Positions 1 through 9,385 of a DNA stretch of 64,000 nucleotides are shown here, piece after piece. The DNA is from Chthoniobacteraceae bacterium (GTDB lineage: Bacteria; Verrucomicrobiota; Verrucomicrobiia; Chthoniobacterales; Chthoniobacteraceae), in contig JBEBGD010000016.1 of assembly GCA_040081625.1 (NCBI GenBank), positions 9,938-73,937 of the forward strand. Reading direction: 5' to 3'. The notes beneath the pieces were generated by a model, which was not told where the DNA came from, searched no databases, and saw only the letters and a list, made by a program, of their open reading frames with translations. The position numbers were made by a program, and so were the translations under genes. Position 1 is the stretch's first letter. Every line of letters starts with the position of its first letter.

Positions 1-1240
1 CGAGCCCGAAGTTGTTCCCGCCGCCTTCGCAGAAAATCTCGAACGCCTTCGACAGCGGATGATACCGCCACACGAGGCAGCCCTCGAAATACACGCCCTT
101 CGAGCCGGGCGGATCGATGCCGGGGCGCACGACGCGGCACGTCACGGTCGAGCCTTGCACGCCGTAGAGCCAGCCATCGGGGCCCCACACGAGGCCGTTG
201 CTCGCGCTGTGCGTGTCTTCGAGCCCGAAGCCCGCGAGCCGCACCTCGGGATCGCGATCGGGCACGTCGTCGCCGTCGGCGTCCGGGTAGAACATGAGAT
301 ACGGCGTGTTCATCACCCAGATGCCGCCGTAGCCGCGCAGCGCGGCATTCGCCATGTTCAGGCCGTCGAGCAGCACTTTGTGTTTGTCGAAAGTGCCGTC
401 GCCATCGGTATCCTCGTGGATGCTGATGCGGTCGCGGCCCTTGTCATGGTTCGGCGGCGCGGGCGGCACCTTGTCGAAGACGGCGCGGTAATACATGTCG
501 CGGCTGATCTGCCGGATGCCCGCGGGATACGGATACTGCCGATACTGCGTGACCCACAGGCGCCCGCGTTCGTCGAAGCTCATGTGCGTGGGCTGCGCGA
601 CGAGCGGATCAGAAACGATGAGATCGACGGCGAGATCGTCCGCGGGTTTGAGCTGCGCGAGCTCATCCTGCGGCGTCATGCGGATGCCGGGCATATTCTC
701 CGCGTTCGCGGAAAGCGGCGTGGAGGATTTGCGCGCGTCCTTCTCGGTGAAAAATGCGCGTGCCGGCTGCTCGGTGAGCGCCGCCATCTCGGCAGCGCTC
801 GGCTGTGTCGCCGTCGCCTCGAAAGCGGTGAACTCGATCTGGTCGAAGTAGCTCGCCATGATCGGCGCGTGGCGCAGCGCCGCCGTCGCGGGGGCACGCA
901 GCTCGAACACGAGGCAGTTGAACTTCACGAGCTCGAGCACCTTCGGCACCTTGAAGCGTTGGTTTTCCTCCGCGCGGACCGACGCAGCCTCGGCGATCTT
1001 CTCCCCGTTGAGCCACACGACGACCGGCCCCGGCACGTCGCGCAGCGCGAGCGTCATCGAGTCGCGATACAGATCCTTTTCCTGCGGCTTGGCCCATTGC
1101 GTCGGCACCTTCACGTAGGCGCGCAGCCACACGCGCTCGCCGGAGACTGCGCCCGCCTCGCCCGGGATGGATTGCGGTTTCCACTCGGCGGCGCGGCAGT
1201 CGAGGACGAGGAGGAGCAGGAGGACGATGGATCGATGCAT
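1..1240 (-). CDS. PVC-type membrane-bound dehydrogenase (beta-propeller) protein, truncated at the window edge
   Basis: Absent from the ORF track because there is no stop in the window. Manual translation from ATG 1240 gives MHRSIVLLLLLVLDCRAA (signal peptide) ... DPLVAQPTHMSFDERGRLWV ... HEDTDGDGTFD ... GFGLEDTHSASNGLVWGPDGWLYG ... GGGNNFGL, typical of this PVC family. Confidence 0.8.
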   Translation of the reverse strand, partial: MHRSIVLLLLLVLDCRAAEWKPQSIPGEAGAVSGERVWLRAYVKVPTQWAKPQEKDLYRDSMTLALRDVPGPVVVWLNGEKIAEAASVRAEENQRFKVPKVLELVKFNCLVFELRAPATAALRHAPIMASYFDQIEFTAFEATATQPSAAEMAALTEQPARAFFTEKDARKSSTPLSANAENMPGIRMTPQDELAQLKPADDLAVDLIVSDPLVAQPTHMSFDERGRLWVTQYRQYPYPAGIRQISRDMYYRAVFDKVPPAPPNHDKGRDRISIHEDTDGDGTFDKHKVLLDGLNMANAALRGYGGIWVMNTPYLMFYPDADGDDVPDRDPEVRLAGFGLEDTHSASNGLVWGPDGWLYGVQGSTVTCRVVRPGIDPPGSKGVYFEGCLVWRYHPLSKAFEIFCEGGGNNFGL

Positions 1241-1299
1241 GGGAGATTCGGGGAAAGGCGGGTTGAAGGCGGGACGGGCTACCCTACTGTCCGCAGCCA

Positions 1300-1824
1300 A
1301 TGCTCAGTGAGGACAATTTTCAATACGCCATCGAGAACACGCGCGTGGTGCGCGCGCCCGAGCAGCGCATCCGGACCTTTGGCAGCACGAGCTTCCGGTT
1401 TTTCCTCGTGAGCGAACTCATGGATGGGGTCAATCAGGTGCGCGTCCGCGACGGGAAGCTGCACGCGGAGCGGCCGGCGATCATCACGCCCGAGCACATC
1501 AGGCGCGACTTGCTCGAGGGTTTCGGGGAGAAGGCGCACGAGTTTCTCGGCTGGATGGAGGACCACATGCGCGACCTCGCGATCCTCAAATACGGGTTCC
1601 AATTCAAGAAGACCGACATCAGCGAGGAGGTCGTCCATTGCCCGCTCGAAGACGTCGTCGGGCGGCTCAACGAAGAGCTGGCGCGGCGCGCGGACCCGAT
1701 GAGCACGATCATCCAGGGCGTCGATGAAGGCTGGGAAGTCTGCCTGCTCAAGTTCACCGCCGACATGATCCAGGACTCCGCACCGGGAAATGTCAGCGAC
1801 TGGAAGCGGCGGGGGTTGTTGTGA
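1300..1824 (+). CDS. hypothetical protein (174 aa)
   Basis: Clean ORF with host-like codon usage; TTGAAG-N16-TACTGT lies 9 nt upstream of the ATG; no recognisable motif. Confidence 0.75.
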   Translation: MLSEDNFQYAIENTRVVRAPEQRIRTFGSTSFRFFLVSELMDGVNQVRVRDGKLHAERPAIITPEHIRRDLLEGFGEKAHEFLGWMEDHMRDLAILKYGFQFKKTDISEEVVHCPLEDVVGRLNEELARRADPMSTIIQGVDEGWEVCLLKFTADMIQDSAPGNVSDWKRRGLL

Positions 1825-1908
1825 AGGGAACAATGTGGACACAGGCGGCGCGTCTTGAGCTTCCCAATCGTCCTTCGGTCCGCTAATCCATAGGTCCGCG
1901 TTTTCCCG

Positions 1909-2775
1909 ATGGGCGCATTCATCGCCAAGACTATCTTCATTCTCCTGCTCGCCGCCGCGATCTTCGGCGGCGCGTGGTATTATACCGACAAGCTTTTCCT
2001 CAAGCCGCAGGAAGCGCTCGTGGCCGAGAAGAACGCGCCGGCGACACCGCTGCCGCCGGATCCCGCGCTGCCGGAATTCATCAAGGCGGCCGAGCTGATG
2101 CAAAGCGGCGACCTGCTCGGGGCGCGCGATGCGTTCACGCGCTTCGTCGAGCAGAATCCGCATTCGCTGAAGCTCGACGCGGCGAAGGATCTCCTCGGCA
2201 CGATCAACACCGACATCTTCCTCTCGACCAAACCCGCGCCGGAGAAGCAGGTCTATGTGGTCAAGCGCGGGGACGTGCTGAACAAGGTCGCGCGGATCAC
2301 GAAGACCACGCCGGAGCTGATCATGCGCGCCAATGGGATGACCGGCATCATGCTGCGGATCGACCAGCGGCTCTACTACGCCCCGGCTGAGTTCTCGCTC
2401 GTCATCGACAAGCAAAAGCAGAAGATCGTGCTTTTGAACCGAGGAAAATTCTTCAAGCAATACCCCATCACCACGCTGCCGCCCGCGAAGAAAGCGGCGC
2501 CGGGGCCCGTGGTCAAAAAGCTGGGCAAGGTGCTCGAGAAAATCGCGTGGGGCCCGAGCGGCGCACGGGTGATCTTCACCGACAAGGAATATGCGGAGGC
2601 GAATTTCTGGGTGAGCTTCAGCGTGTCGGGGCATACGCTCTACTCCGATCCCGATCCAAGCTCCGGGCAGAAGCCCAACAAGCCGCCGACCGGCGGCATC
2701 GGCGTGGCGCCCGAGGCCGTCGCCGAACTCGCCATCATGCTCACCAAGGGCAACCCGGTAACGATCGAAAACTAA
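1909..2775 (+). CDS. membrane-anchored LysM protein with a degenerate YkuD (L,D-transpeptidase)-like C-terminal domain
   Basis: N-terminal TM; TPR-like helix pair; LysM YVVKRGDVLNKVARITKTTPELIMRANG; YkuD-like SLVIDKQKQKIVL...FFKQYPI and VAELAIMLTKGNPVTI. Confidence 0.75.
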   Translation: MGAFIAKTIFILLLAAAIFGGAWYYTDKLFLKPQEALVAEKNAPATPLPPDPALPEFIKAAELMQSGDLLGARDAFTRFVEQNPHSLKLDAAKDLLGTINTDIFLSTKPAPEKQVYVVKRGDVLNKVARITKTTPELIMRANGMTGIMLRIDQRLYYAPAEFSLVIDKQKQKIVLLNRGKFFKQYPITTLPPAKKAAPGPVVKKLGKVLEKIAWGPSGARVIFTDKEYAEANFWVSFSVSGHTLYSDPDPSSGQKPNKPPTGGIGVAPEAVAELAIMLTKGNPVTIEN

Positions 2776-2783
2776 CCGCGACC

Positions 2784-3743
2784 ATGAAAACTGTTCCGCT
2801 CGAATTTGAAAAACCGATCATCGAACTCGAAGAGAAGCTCGCCGACCTCAAGGCTCACAGCCGCGAGCACGACGTGGATTTCGAGAACGAGCTCCACCGC
2901 ATCGAGGCGAAGATCGAGGAGACCAAGCGGCAGATTTACATGAACCTCACCGCGTGGGAGCGCGTGCAGATCGCGCGGCACCCGGCGCGGCCTTACACGC
3001 TCGATTACCTCGGGCTATCGTTCAGCGATTTCCTCGAGATCCACGGCGATCGCTGCTTCGGCGAAGACCGCGCGATGCCCGGCGGCTTTGCGATGATCGA
3101 GCAGCGCAAGTGTGTCGTCATCGGTCATCAAAAAGGCCGCGAACTGAAGGAGAACATCAAGCGCAACTTCGGCTGCGCGAACCCCGAGGGCTACCGCAAG
3201 GCGCTGCGCCTGATGCGGCTCGCGGAGAAATTTCGGCTGCCCTTCGTCTCGCTCATCGACACGCCCGGCGCGTATCCGGGCATCGGCAGCGAGGAGCGCC
3301 ACATCAGCGAAGCCATCGCCGTGAACCTGCGCGAAATGATGACGCTGCGCACTCCGATCGTCTCGATCGTCATCGGCGAAGGCGGCAGCGGCGGCGCGCT
3401 CGGCATCGGCGTCGCCGATCGCGTGCTCATGCTCGAAAACTCCTACTACTCGGTCATCAGTCCCGAGGGCTGCGCGGCGATCCTTTGGAAGCACCGCAAG
3501 CACGCGCCCGAGGCCGCGAGCGCGCTCAAGCTCACGGCGAACGATCTGCTCGATCTCAAGATCATCGACGAAGTCGTCCCCGAGCCGCTCGGCGGCGCGC
3601 ACCAGGATCACGCCGCCGCGATTGACAACCTGCGCACCGCCATCGCGCACCAGCTCGACGACCTTTGCGACATCCCGACCGATAAACTGCTCGAGCGCCG
3701 CTACGAGAAGTTCCGGAGGATCGGGGAGTTCAAGGGCGGGTGA
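2784..3743 (+). CDS. accA: acetyl-CoA carboxylase carboxyltransferase alpha subunit
   Basis: LEFEKPI, ARHPARP, NFGCANPEGYRKALRLM, IDTPGAYPG, GEGGSGGALG, YSVISPEGCAAILW. Confidence 0.96.
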   Translation: MKTVPLEFEKPIIELEEKLADLKAHSREHDVDFENELHRIEAKIEETKRQIYMNLTAWERVQIARHPARPYTLDYLGLSFSDFLEIHGDRCFGEDRAMPGGFAMIEQRKCVVIGHQKGRELKENIKRNFGCANPEGYRKALRLMRLAEKFRLPFVSLIDTPGAYPGIGSEERHISEAIAVNLREMMTLRTPIVSIVIGEGGSGGALGIGVADRVLMLENSYYSVISPEGCAAILWKHRKHAPEAASALKLTANDLLDLKIIDEVVPEPLGGAHQDHAAAIDNLRTAIAHQLDDLCDIPTDKLLERRYEKFRRIGEFKGG

Positions 3744-3766
3744 GGCGGCAGACGTTGGAACTGAGA

Positions 3767-4078
3767 ATGATGAAGACCTCCACGCCCCTTCTGTGCCTGC
3801 TCATTTCCGGGTGCGTTCCCCCTTCACCGAGAACAGTCGAGAGTTTTAAGAGCGACGCAGGCAGCGTCATTCGCAGCTTGGAAAAGCGCTATGCTGAAGC
3901 CCGCGAGTATCCGAAAACCTTGCCTCCCGAATTGGGATTAGAGTGCAAAAAGATATGGGCTCGCTGGGCGTATCACAGCGATGGTTCTTCTTTTGATCTC
4001 GCGTTCGGCGACTACGCGAAGGACGGCTTTTACATCCGATGGGATTCCACTACCCGCGAGTGGGCAACGGACCTGTAA
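3767..4078 (+). CDS. small putative lipoprotein
   Basis: MMKTSTPLLCLLISGC lipobox-like start; more A/T third positions than neighbours. Confidence 0.55.
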   Translation: MMKTSTPLLCLLISGCVPPSPRTVESFKSDAGSVIRSLEKRYAEAREYPKTLPPELGLECKKIWARWAYHSDGSSFDLAFGDYAKDGFYIRWDSTTREWATDL

Positions 4079-4130
4079 AACACAACGCGCGCCGCACCGC
4101 TGCGAAGAGGATGGGGCGGAATTAGTCAGT

Positions 4131-4499
4131 TCACAGCGCCATGAGCGCTGGAAAATGGTGATCCGCAGCCTCGACCTCCAGCCCGTGATGCCGCGCGCAT
4201 GCGGCGATGAGCACGTCGGGAGATGGACACGTGAGACCGGCTGCGCGTGCGGCACGCGCGAGGGCAAAGGCTTCCTTCCACACCTCGTCGCTGATTCCGA
4301 GTTCAGGCAGCGCCTGTTCGTATTGGCGGAGGATGGCCTTCTCGCGATCACCGCGCGCTCCCATCCACAATTCCAGCCGCACGACCGGACACCAGCAAGC
4401 CTGTCCTCCGTGCAGTAGTGCATCCACCCGATGCCGCACGGCGGTGTCGCCGTCTGAGCGCAGTTGGTGAATCCACGCAGAGGTGTCCACGAGCTTCAT
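4131..4499 (-). CDS. vapC: PIN-domain toxin (VapC family)
   Basis: LVDTSAWI, VRLELW, DVLIAACA, ADHHF: PIN acidic motifs. Confidence 0.9.
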   Translation of the reverse strand: MKLVDTSAWIHQLRSDGDTAVRHRVDALLHGGQACWCPVVRLELWMGARGDREKAILRQYEQALPELGISDEVWKEAFALARAARAAGLTCPSPDVLIAACARHHGLEVEAADHHFPALMAL

Positions 4500-4732
4500 C
4501 GGGCGCGCCGTGGCTTGGCAGGAAGCGGCTTGTCGGTTTCCCGGAGAAGCATCAACTCGTCACAGCTCATCAGGTCCGTGCAAGTGCCGCTGTATTTGGC
4601 GAGTTCCGCCATGCGTCGCCGGCTGTTGAAGTCCTCAAGGATCTTCACGACGGCTTCCCGTTTCGTGGCCGCGCGGGTGAAGCGCATGGCATCGCGAAGC
4701 TCCTTTTCTGGAATATCAATCGTCGTTTTCAT
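4496..4732 (-). CDS. vapB: VapB-family antitoxin
   Basis: MKTTIDIPEKELRDAMRFTRAATKREAVV (RHH-type); ATGA overlap with the PIN gene. Confidence 0.85.
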   Translation of the reverse strand: MKTTIDIPEKELRDAMRFTRAATKREAVVKILEDFNSRRRMAELAKYSGTCTDLMSCDELMLLRETDKPLPAKPRRAR

Positions 4733-4739
4733 GCTTCGG

Positions 4740-4768
4740 AGTGTGTCGCCTGAAGGAATCCCGGTCAA
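4740..4768 (-). promoter_or_regulatory. sigma70-type promoter of vapBC, likely leaderless
   Basis: TTGACC-N17-CACACT-N7-ATG on the minus strand. Confidence 0.55.
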
Positions 4769-4867
4769 GCGTCTTGGGCATCCTCCAGGGATGCGTTCAG
4801 CGTCTCAGTCTGCGCGTGGTGGGTGATGGGATCTCAATTCACGCTGAGGGCAGCGTGACCCACTTCG

Positions 4868-4951
4868 CTAGTGGCAGCACGTGCTGCACGCGGAGAATGC
4901 GAGCGTGAATAGTGCGGCGCAGATCGCGGTGAGGAGGTGTCGGGTGTTCAT
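4868..4951 (-). CDS. 27-aa Cys-rich lipopeptide or truncated lipoprotein remnant
   Basis: [27 protein letters not shown]; the start overlaps the upstream stop (ATGA); lipobox FSAC. Confidence 0.4.
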   Translation of the reverse strand: MNTRHLLTAICAALFTLAFSACSTCCH

Positions 4952-6456
4952 GGTTTTGGAATGTAGAAGAGCGTGTAGTAGGCGGCGTCGTGGAGCAAGG
5001 GATCGCCTTTCGCGGAGCGCACGCCGGGCGCGTGCAATTCGTGGACGTGGCCTTCGGCGAGTTCGCTGAGCACGAGGCGCGCGCTGCGGCCATCGGGCGC
5101 GACTTTCACCGACACGATCTTCGGCGTGGTCGGGTCCACCTCGGGGCTGCCGTAGGTTTCCTGGTAGATGTAGGTGTAAGTCTCCATCGTATAGCTCGCG
5201 GGGTCGGCGGCGGTCTTCGGATCGACGGGCTCGGTGAAGGTCAGCTCGAAGCCGTCGGGCTTCACGCGCATCTCGTGAATCTCGAACGGCACCTTGCCGG
5301 TCCACACGAGCCGCTGGAGTGCATATGGTTTGCCGCCGCGCGCGCCCCAGCCGCGATCGGTGCCATAGACGACGAGCGAGCCGTCTTGCGCGAACTCGAG
5401 CCCGAGCGAACCGGAGGCAAAGCCCGCGCGGAACGGAAAGCACGCGCCTTGATAGTGGCCGTTCACTTTCTCGAGCGCGACGCGCATCACCGTCGAATGC
5501 GACTGGTCGCCGACGAAAAGCTGGTCCTTGAACGGCCCGAACTTTCCGCCCGTCATGTCGCAGGCGAAGCCCGAGGCGGACTGGCCCATTTTCGGATACG
5601 GAAAATAGACCGCCGGCGGCAGCAGCTCGGGAATCTTCTTCGCCTCGATGTAGAGCCGGCTCTTGTCCTCGGGTCGCGCAGGCTTGCGCAGGCCGGCGTC
5701 GGCGATCGCCCTGCCGATTTTCGGATCGTCGAACCATTTGATTCCGTCGGGGTGCCCGAGGAAGGCGCCCGGCACGATTTGTTGGAGTTTGTCGGAGCCA
5801 TTCCACGGGCCCTGGTTGTCGGTGTAAAAAAGATCGCCCGCGGAATTGAAGCCGATGCCGCCCGGCGAGCGCACGCCGGCGCAGGCGGGGATCGCCTTGC
5901 CCTCGGGCGTGATGCGCAGGGCCCAGCCGCGATACGGATGATCGCTGTGAAACGAGCCGGTGAGGCAGAGCACGACCCACATGTTTCCCTCGCGGTCGAA
6001 CTTCGAGCCGAACGCATACTCGTGGTAGTCGCCGGCGATGCTCCATGCGTCGCTGAACGTCTCGAACTCGTCCGCGCGCCCGTCGCCGTTCGTGTCGCGG
6101 ATGCGCGTCACCTCGGGCCGCTGCGTGGCGTAGAGCCAGCCGTCCTTGTCGCCGGGGCGCGTGGCGAGGCCGAGCACTTCGTGCAGGCCGCTCGCGAAGA
6201 GCGTCCATTTCGGTGTCGGCGCATCGCCGAGCACGCCCTCGGCGATCCAGATTTCGCCGATGCGCGACGCGCACGCGAGCTTGTCGGGGCCGAGAAAACT
6301 CAGCGCGCCGGCTTCGAACGTGACGCCCTCGGGAGTCGGCAGCGTGATGATTTTGTAATAGTCCGGCTCACGGGCGCTGGACTGTGTCTCGCCCTTGGCT
6401 GCGGCGAAGGCGAGGCTCGCGCTGGCGAGGAGGATGAAGAGCAAACGAGTTACCAT
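4948..6456 (-). CDS. secreted PVC-type beta-propeller (sorbosone/glucose dehydrogenase-like) protein
   Basis: Signal peptide [65 protein letters not shown]. Confidence 0.8.
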   Translation of the reverse strand: MVTRLLFILLASASLAFAAAKGETQSSAREPDYYKIITLPTPEGVTFEAGALSFLGPDKLACASRIGEIWIAEGVLGDAPTPKWTLFASGLHEVLGLATRPGDKDGWLYATQRPEVTRIRDTNGDGRADEFETFSDAWSIAGDYHEYAFGSKFDREGNMWVVLCLTGSFHSDHPYRGWALRITPEGKAIPACAGVRSPGGIGFNSAGDLFYTDNQGPWNGSDKLQQIVPGAFLGHPDGIKWFDDPKIGRAIADAGLRKPARPEDKSRLYIEAKKIPELLPPAVYFPYPKMGQSASGFACDMTGGKFGPFKDQLFVGDQSHSTVMRVALEKVNGHYQGACFPFRAGFASGSLGLEFAQDGSLVVYGTDRGWGARGGKPYALQRLVWTGKVPFEIHEMRVKPDGFELTFTEPVDPKTAADPASYTMETYTYIYQETYGSPEVDPTTPKIVSVKVAPDGRSARLVLSELAEGHVHELHAPGVRSAKGDPLLHDAAYYTLFYIPKP

Positions 6457-9170
6457 GAGATGTGTTCGATGAGTTGCGCGGTGCCGGCCTGGAAGACGAC
6501 GGGCACGAGGAGTTCGCGCGCGCCGTTGGATTCGCGGATGACTGGCTGCGCGCCGGGAAAATGCAGCCGCACCTTTTCCTCCACGAGGAAAGCGCCGTCC
6601 TTCTGCGCTTCGATCTTCGCGCCCACTGCTGCGCGGAAGTAAAGTTTGCCCGCGGGCGCCTGCTTCGCCTTGAGCGTGATCGTGCGGTGCAGGTCCGCGT
6701 CGGCATCGTTTTGCACGGCGGCGGAGAAGTCCTCCACGTCGATGCCATCGTAGGTGTAGCGGAATGTCGGGCGGCGTTTGTCGTCGAGGCGGTAACCGCG
6801 GAATTGGTAGCCGGCGTCGCGACCCCTGGCGGCGGGCCACGGGTCGTTCTCGCTCGCGAGCACGGCGAACGGCGCGCCGGGCGGGCCGCTCACGACATTC
6901 GAGCCGAGCGGTTTCTCGAAGCCCTGGCCGCGACCGCTGCGATGTTTGGCGGCGTCGATGAATGAGCCCTGCCAGATCATCGCCAGCCGCATCTCGTTTG
7001 CGTCGAAGCAGAGGTTCGCCTTCTCCGGATAGCCGACGCCGATCGCGTGCGCGCCGCCGCCTTCGATGAAGTTGCGATAGATCACCGGCTCGGTCGTCGC
7101 GACGAGTTCCATCTTCCCTCGCACGAGGCCGGCGGGCAGGTCGGTGAAGTTCTTCCGCGCGAGATACGCCCAGATCGCGGCGAGCTGCTTCTCCGCGTCG
7201 CCGCCGAGGATGTCCTTGTTTGCCCCCACGCCGCCGGGCCAGAACGGCGGCATGCGCGTGCCGGGCCGCAGGCTTTGCGGGTCGAGCATGTAGCGGCGGA
7301 ACCAGTCCCACTTCAGCCGTTCGCCCGCATTCGCGAGGTCGAGCGCGGGCACGCCGAGCGACGCATTTCCGGCGAAGACGTGACACGCGATGCAAGAGAG
7401 CCCGCCGGTGCCGACGAGCTTGCGGCCGAACTTGTTCGCGTCGCCCGCGACGCCGGGCGCGAAGACATCCGGCTGCGGCAGCGCATCGGGACGCGCGTCG
7501 GCTTTCTCAAAAAGCTCCGGCAGGTGCGCGGTGTTCGCGGTGCCGTAGCTCGGCATCCGCGTGGCCATGTAGGGACGCACTTTCTCGCCTTGATCGAGCA
7601 CGGTCTTGATCCACTCCGGGCGCAGCTTCGCGCCGACGTTTGTGAGCGAGGGCGGCACGCTGCCTTCCTCGCCGAGATCGACTTCACCGACGCTCGCAAG
7701 GTAATCGCGCCGCAGTCCCTCGGGCCCGCCGCGCTTTTCGCGCGCGTGGCAGGCGTAGCAGTTGAGCGTCGTCATCGTGCGGCGGATGCGCTGCTCGTCT
7801 TCGAGCGGGATGTCGAGCGTCGCCTGCTGCTGGAGCAAGGCGAGGATCACCTGCCGCTGGCGGTCGGTGATGTCGAACTTCGGCACATTCGCCGCCAGCT
7901 TCGTGCTGAGGCAGCCGCGCGGCTGGCGCGCGGCGATCTGCGGCAGCGGGATCGACTTGCGTCCGGGCGCATCGAGCTGATGGCACGCGGCGCAATTCAA
8001 CTCGGTGAAGAATTGCTTCCCGCGCGCGACCTTCGCGGCATCGACGGCGAACGGCGCGTCGCCGAGCGGGCGCATCGGCTGCGTGTCGTGCGTGAAGAGT
8101 GTTTCTGGAATGTTCGCCATTTTCTGGCCGGGCGCCTTCCAGCGGACCGTCAGCGCCGTGTCGCCGCCGCCGTCGAAATACGTGAGCAGGAAGGTGTGCG
8201 CGCCGGCCTTGAGATCGACTTCGCCGGTGCGCTCCTGCTTCGGGTGAATGCCGCCGTTGTCCACGACGAGCCGTCCGTCGATGTAGAGCCGCGAGCCATC
8301 ATCGCTCTCGGTCATGAATGTGTATGTGCCGTCCTTCGGCACGACGATGTTGCCGCGGAAACGCAGTGCGAAGCCGTTCGTCCGCTTTGCGACCGCGAGC
8401 GATGGCGACGCTGCCACGTCAGTGAGCGTGGGCGTGAGCCGGTCGAACTCCGGCAGCTCCGGCAGATCCTTTTCGTAGTAGTCGTAGTGCAAGCCGGCCG
8501 CGCTGACGCTTGCCCCGGCGGGCACCTGCTCGCGCAGTAGATACATCGCGATCGCCTCGGCCTCGGGCTCGCTCAGGTTCATGCCCGGCATGCGCCCGGA
8601 CGGGCGCGCCTTGAGCGGGTCGCGCAGGAAACGCGTGAGTTCGGTGACGCTGAATTTCTTCGCGATGCCCTCGCCGAGCGGCACCGACGTGGCGCGAAGC
8701 TGCGCGAACCTGGGATCGCCCTCCCTGCCTTTCGGAGCAGTCAGAGGTGCGTGGCACATCGCGCAGCCGAGCGTGTGGTAAAGCCGTTCGCCCTCCGCGA
8801 TCGCCGACGCGCTCGCTCCGCGGCCGGTCGCAGGCGCTGCGGGCTGGAGGCTCACGAGGAAATGCGTGAGCGCCTCGGCAGCCTCGGCCTTCTGCTCCGG
8901 CGGCAGCGCGTGCAGCAGGTCGGGCATGAGCGTGCCGGGGCTCGTCGTCTGCGGGGCGGTGAGAAATTCGCGCAACCATTGCGGCGTCGCGCGCACACCG
9001 TCGGCTCCGAGTCGCGGCGACTGGCGCGGTGCGAGGCGCGAGTGGAGCGGCGCGGCGACTTCGTGACACGCGACGCAATTCATCTCGCTGAGCAGGATTT
9101 CGCCGGGAGTCACCTCCGCGTGTGCGACGACGACGGAGAACGTGAAAGCGAGGAAGGCGTGGCGGAGCAT
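6450..9170 (-). CDS. multiheme c-type cytochrome with a PA14 domain
   Basis: Signal peptide; five CxxCH motifs (CVACH, CAMCH, CAACH, CYACH, CIACH); PA14 [17 protein letters not shown]. Confidence 0.85.
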   Translation of the reverse strand: MLRHAFLAFTFSVVVAHAEVTPGEILLSEMNCVACHEVAAPLHSRLAPRQSPRLGADGVRATPQWLREFLTAPQTTSPGTLMPDLLHALPPEQKAEAAEALTHFLVSLQPAAPATGRGASASAIAEGERLYHTLGCAMCHAPLTAPKGREGDPRFAQLRATSVPLGEGIAKKFSVTELTRFLRDPLKARPSGRMPGMNLSEPEAEAIAMYLLREQVPAGASVSAAGLHYDYYEKDLPELPEFDRLTPTLTDVAASPSLAVAKRTNGFALRFRGNIVVPKDGTYTFMTESDDGSRLYIDGRLVVDNGGIHPKQERTGEVDLKAGAHTFLLTYFDGGGDTALTVRWKAPGQKMANIPETLFTHDTQPMRPLGDAPFAVDAAKVARGKQFFTELNCAACHQLDAPGRKSIPLPQIAARQPRGCLSTKLAANVPKFDITDRQRQVILALLQQQATLDIPLEDEQRIRRTMTTLNCYACHAREKRGGPEGLRRDYLASVGEVDLGEEGSVPPSLTNVGAKLRPEWIKTVLDQGEKVRPYMATRMPSYGTANTAHLPELFEKADARPDALPQPDVFAPGVAGDANKFGRKLVGTGGLSCIACHVFAGNASLGVPALDLANAGERLKWDWFRRYMLDPQSLRPGTRMPPFWPGGVGANKDILGGDAEKQLAAIWAYLARKNFTDLPAGLVRGKMELVATTEPVIYRNFIEGGGAHAIGVGYPEKANLCFDANEMRLAMIWQGSFIDAAKHRSGRGQGFEKPLGSNVVSGPPGAPFAVLASENDPWPAARGRDAGYQFRGYRLDDKRRPTFRYTYDGIDVEDFSAAVQNDADADLHRTITLKAKQAPAGKLYFRAAVGAKIEAQKDGAFLVEEKVRLHFPGAQPVIRESNGARELLVPVVFQAGTAQLIEHISW

Positions 9171-9310
9171 GTGGCCGGATGAATCGGCGAACGAACGGTT
9201 CCTTGGCAAGGAAGGATCGCCGCTTTCGCCCACCGCCTGCCGATTCGTCGGCGGAAAAAACCGCTTGCGCCTCCCTCTCGCGACACTCACTTTCGCCGCC
9301 CGCTGAACAC

Positions 9311-9383
9311 GGGGTCTTAGCTCAGTTGGTAGAGCGCCTCAATGGCATTGAGGAGGTCAGGGGTTCGAACCCCCTAGGCTCCA
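9311..9383 (+). tRNA. tRNA-Ala(GGC); CCA not encoded
   Basis: GGGGTCT/AGGCTCC acceptor stem with G3:U70; D-arm GCTCAGTTGGTAGAGC; anticodon arm CCTCA-ATGGCAT-TGAGG; T-loop GGTTCGAAC. Confidence 0.96.
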
Positions 9384-9385
9384 TT

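Noticed and set aside
59..1411. 450-aa plus-strand ORF
   Set aside because: Shadow of the minus-strand PVC dehydrogenase at 1-1240.
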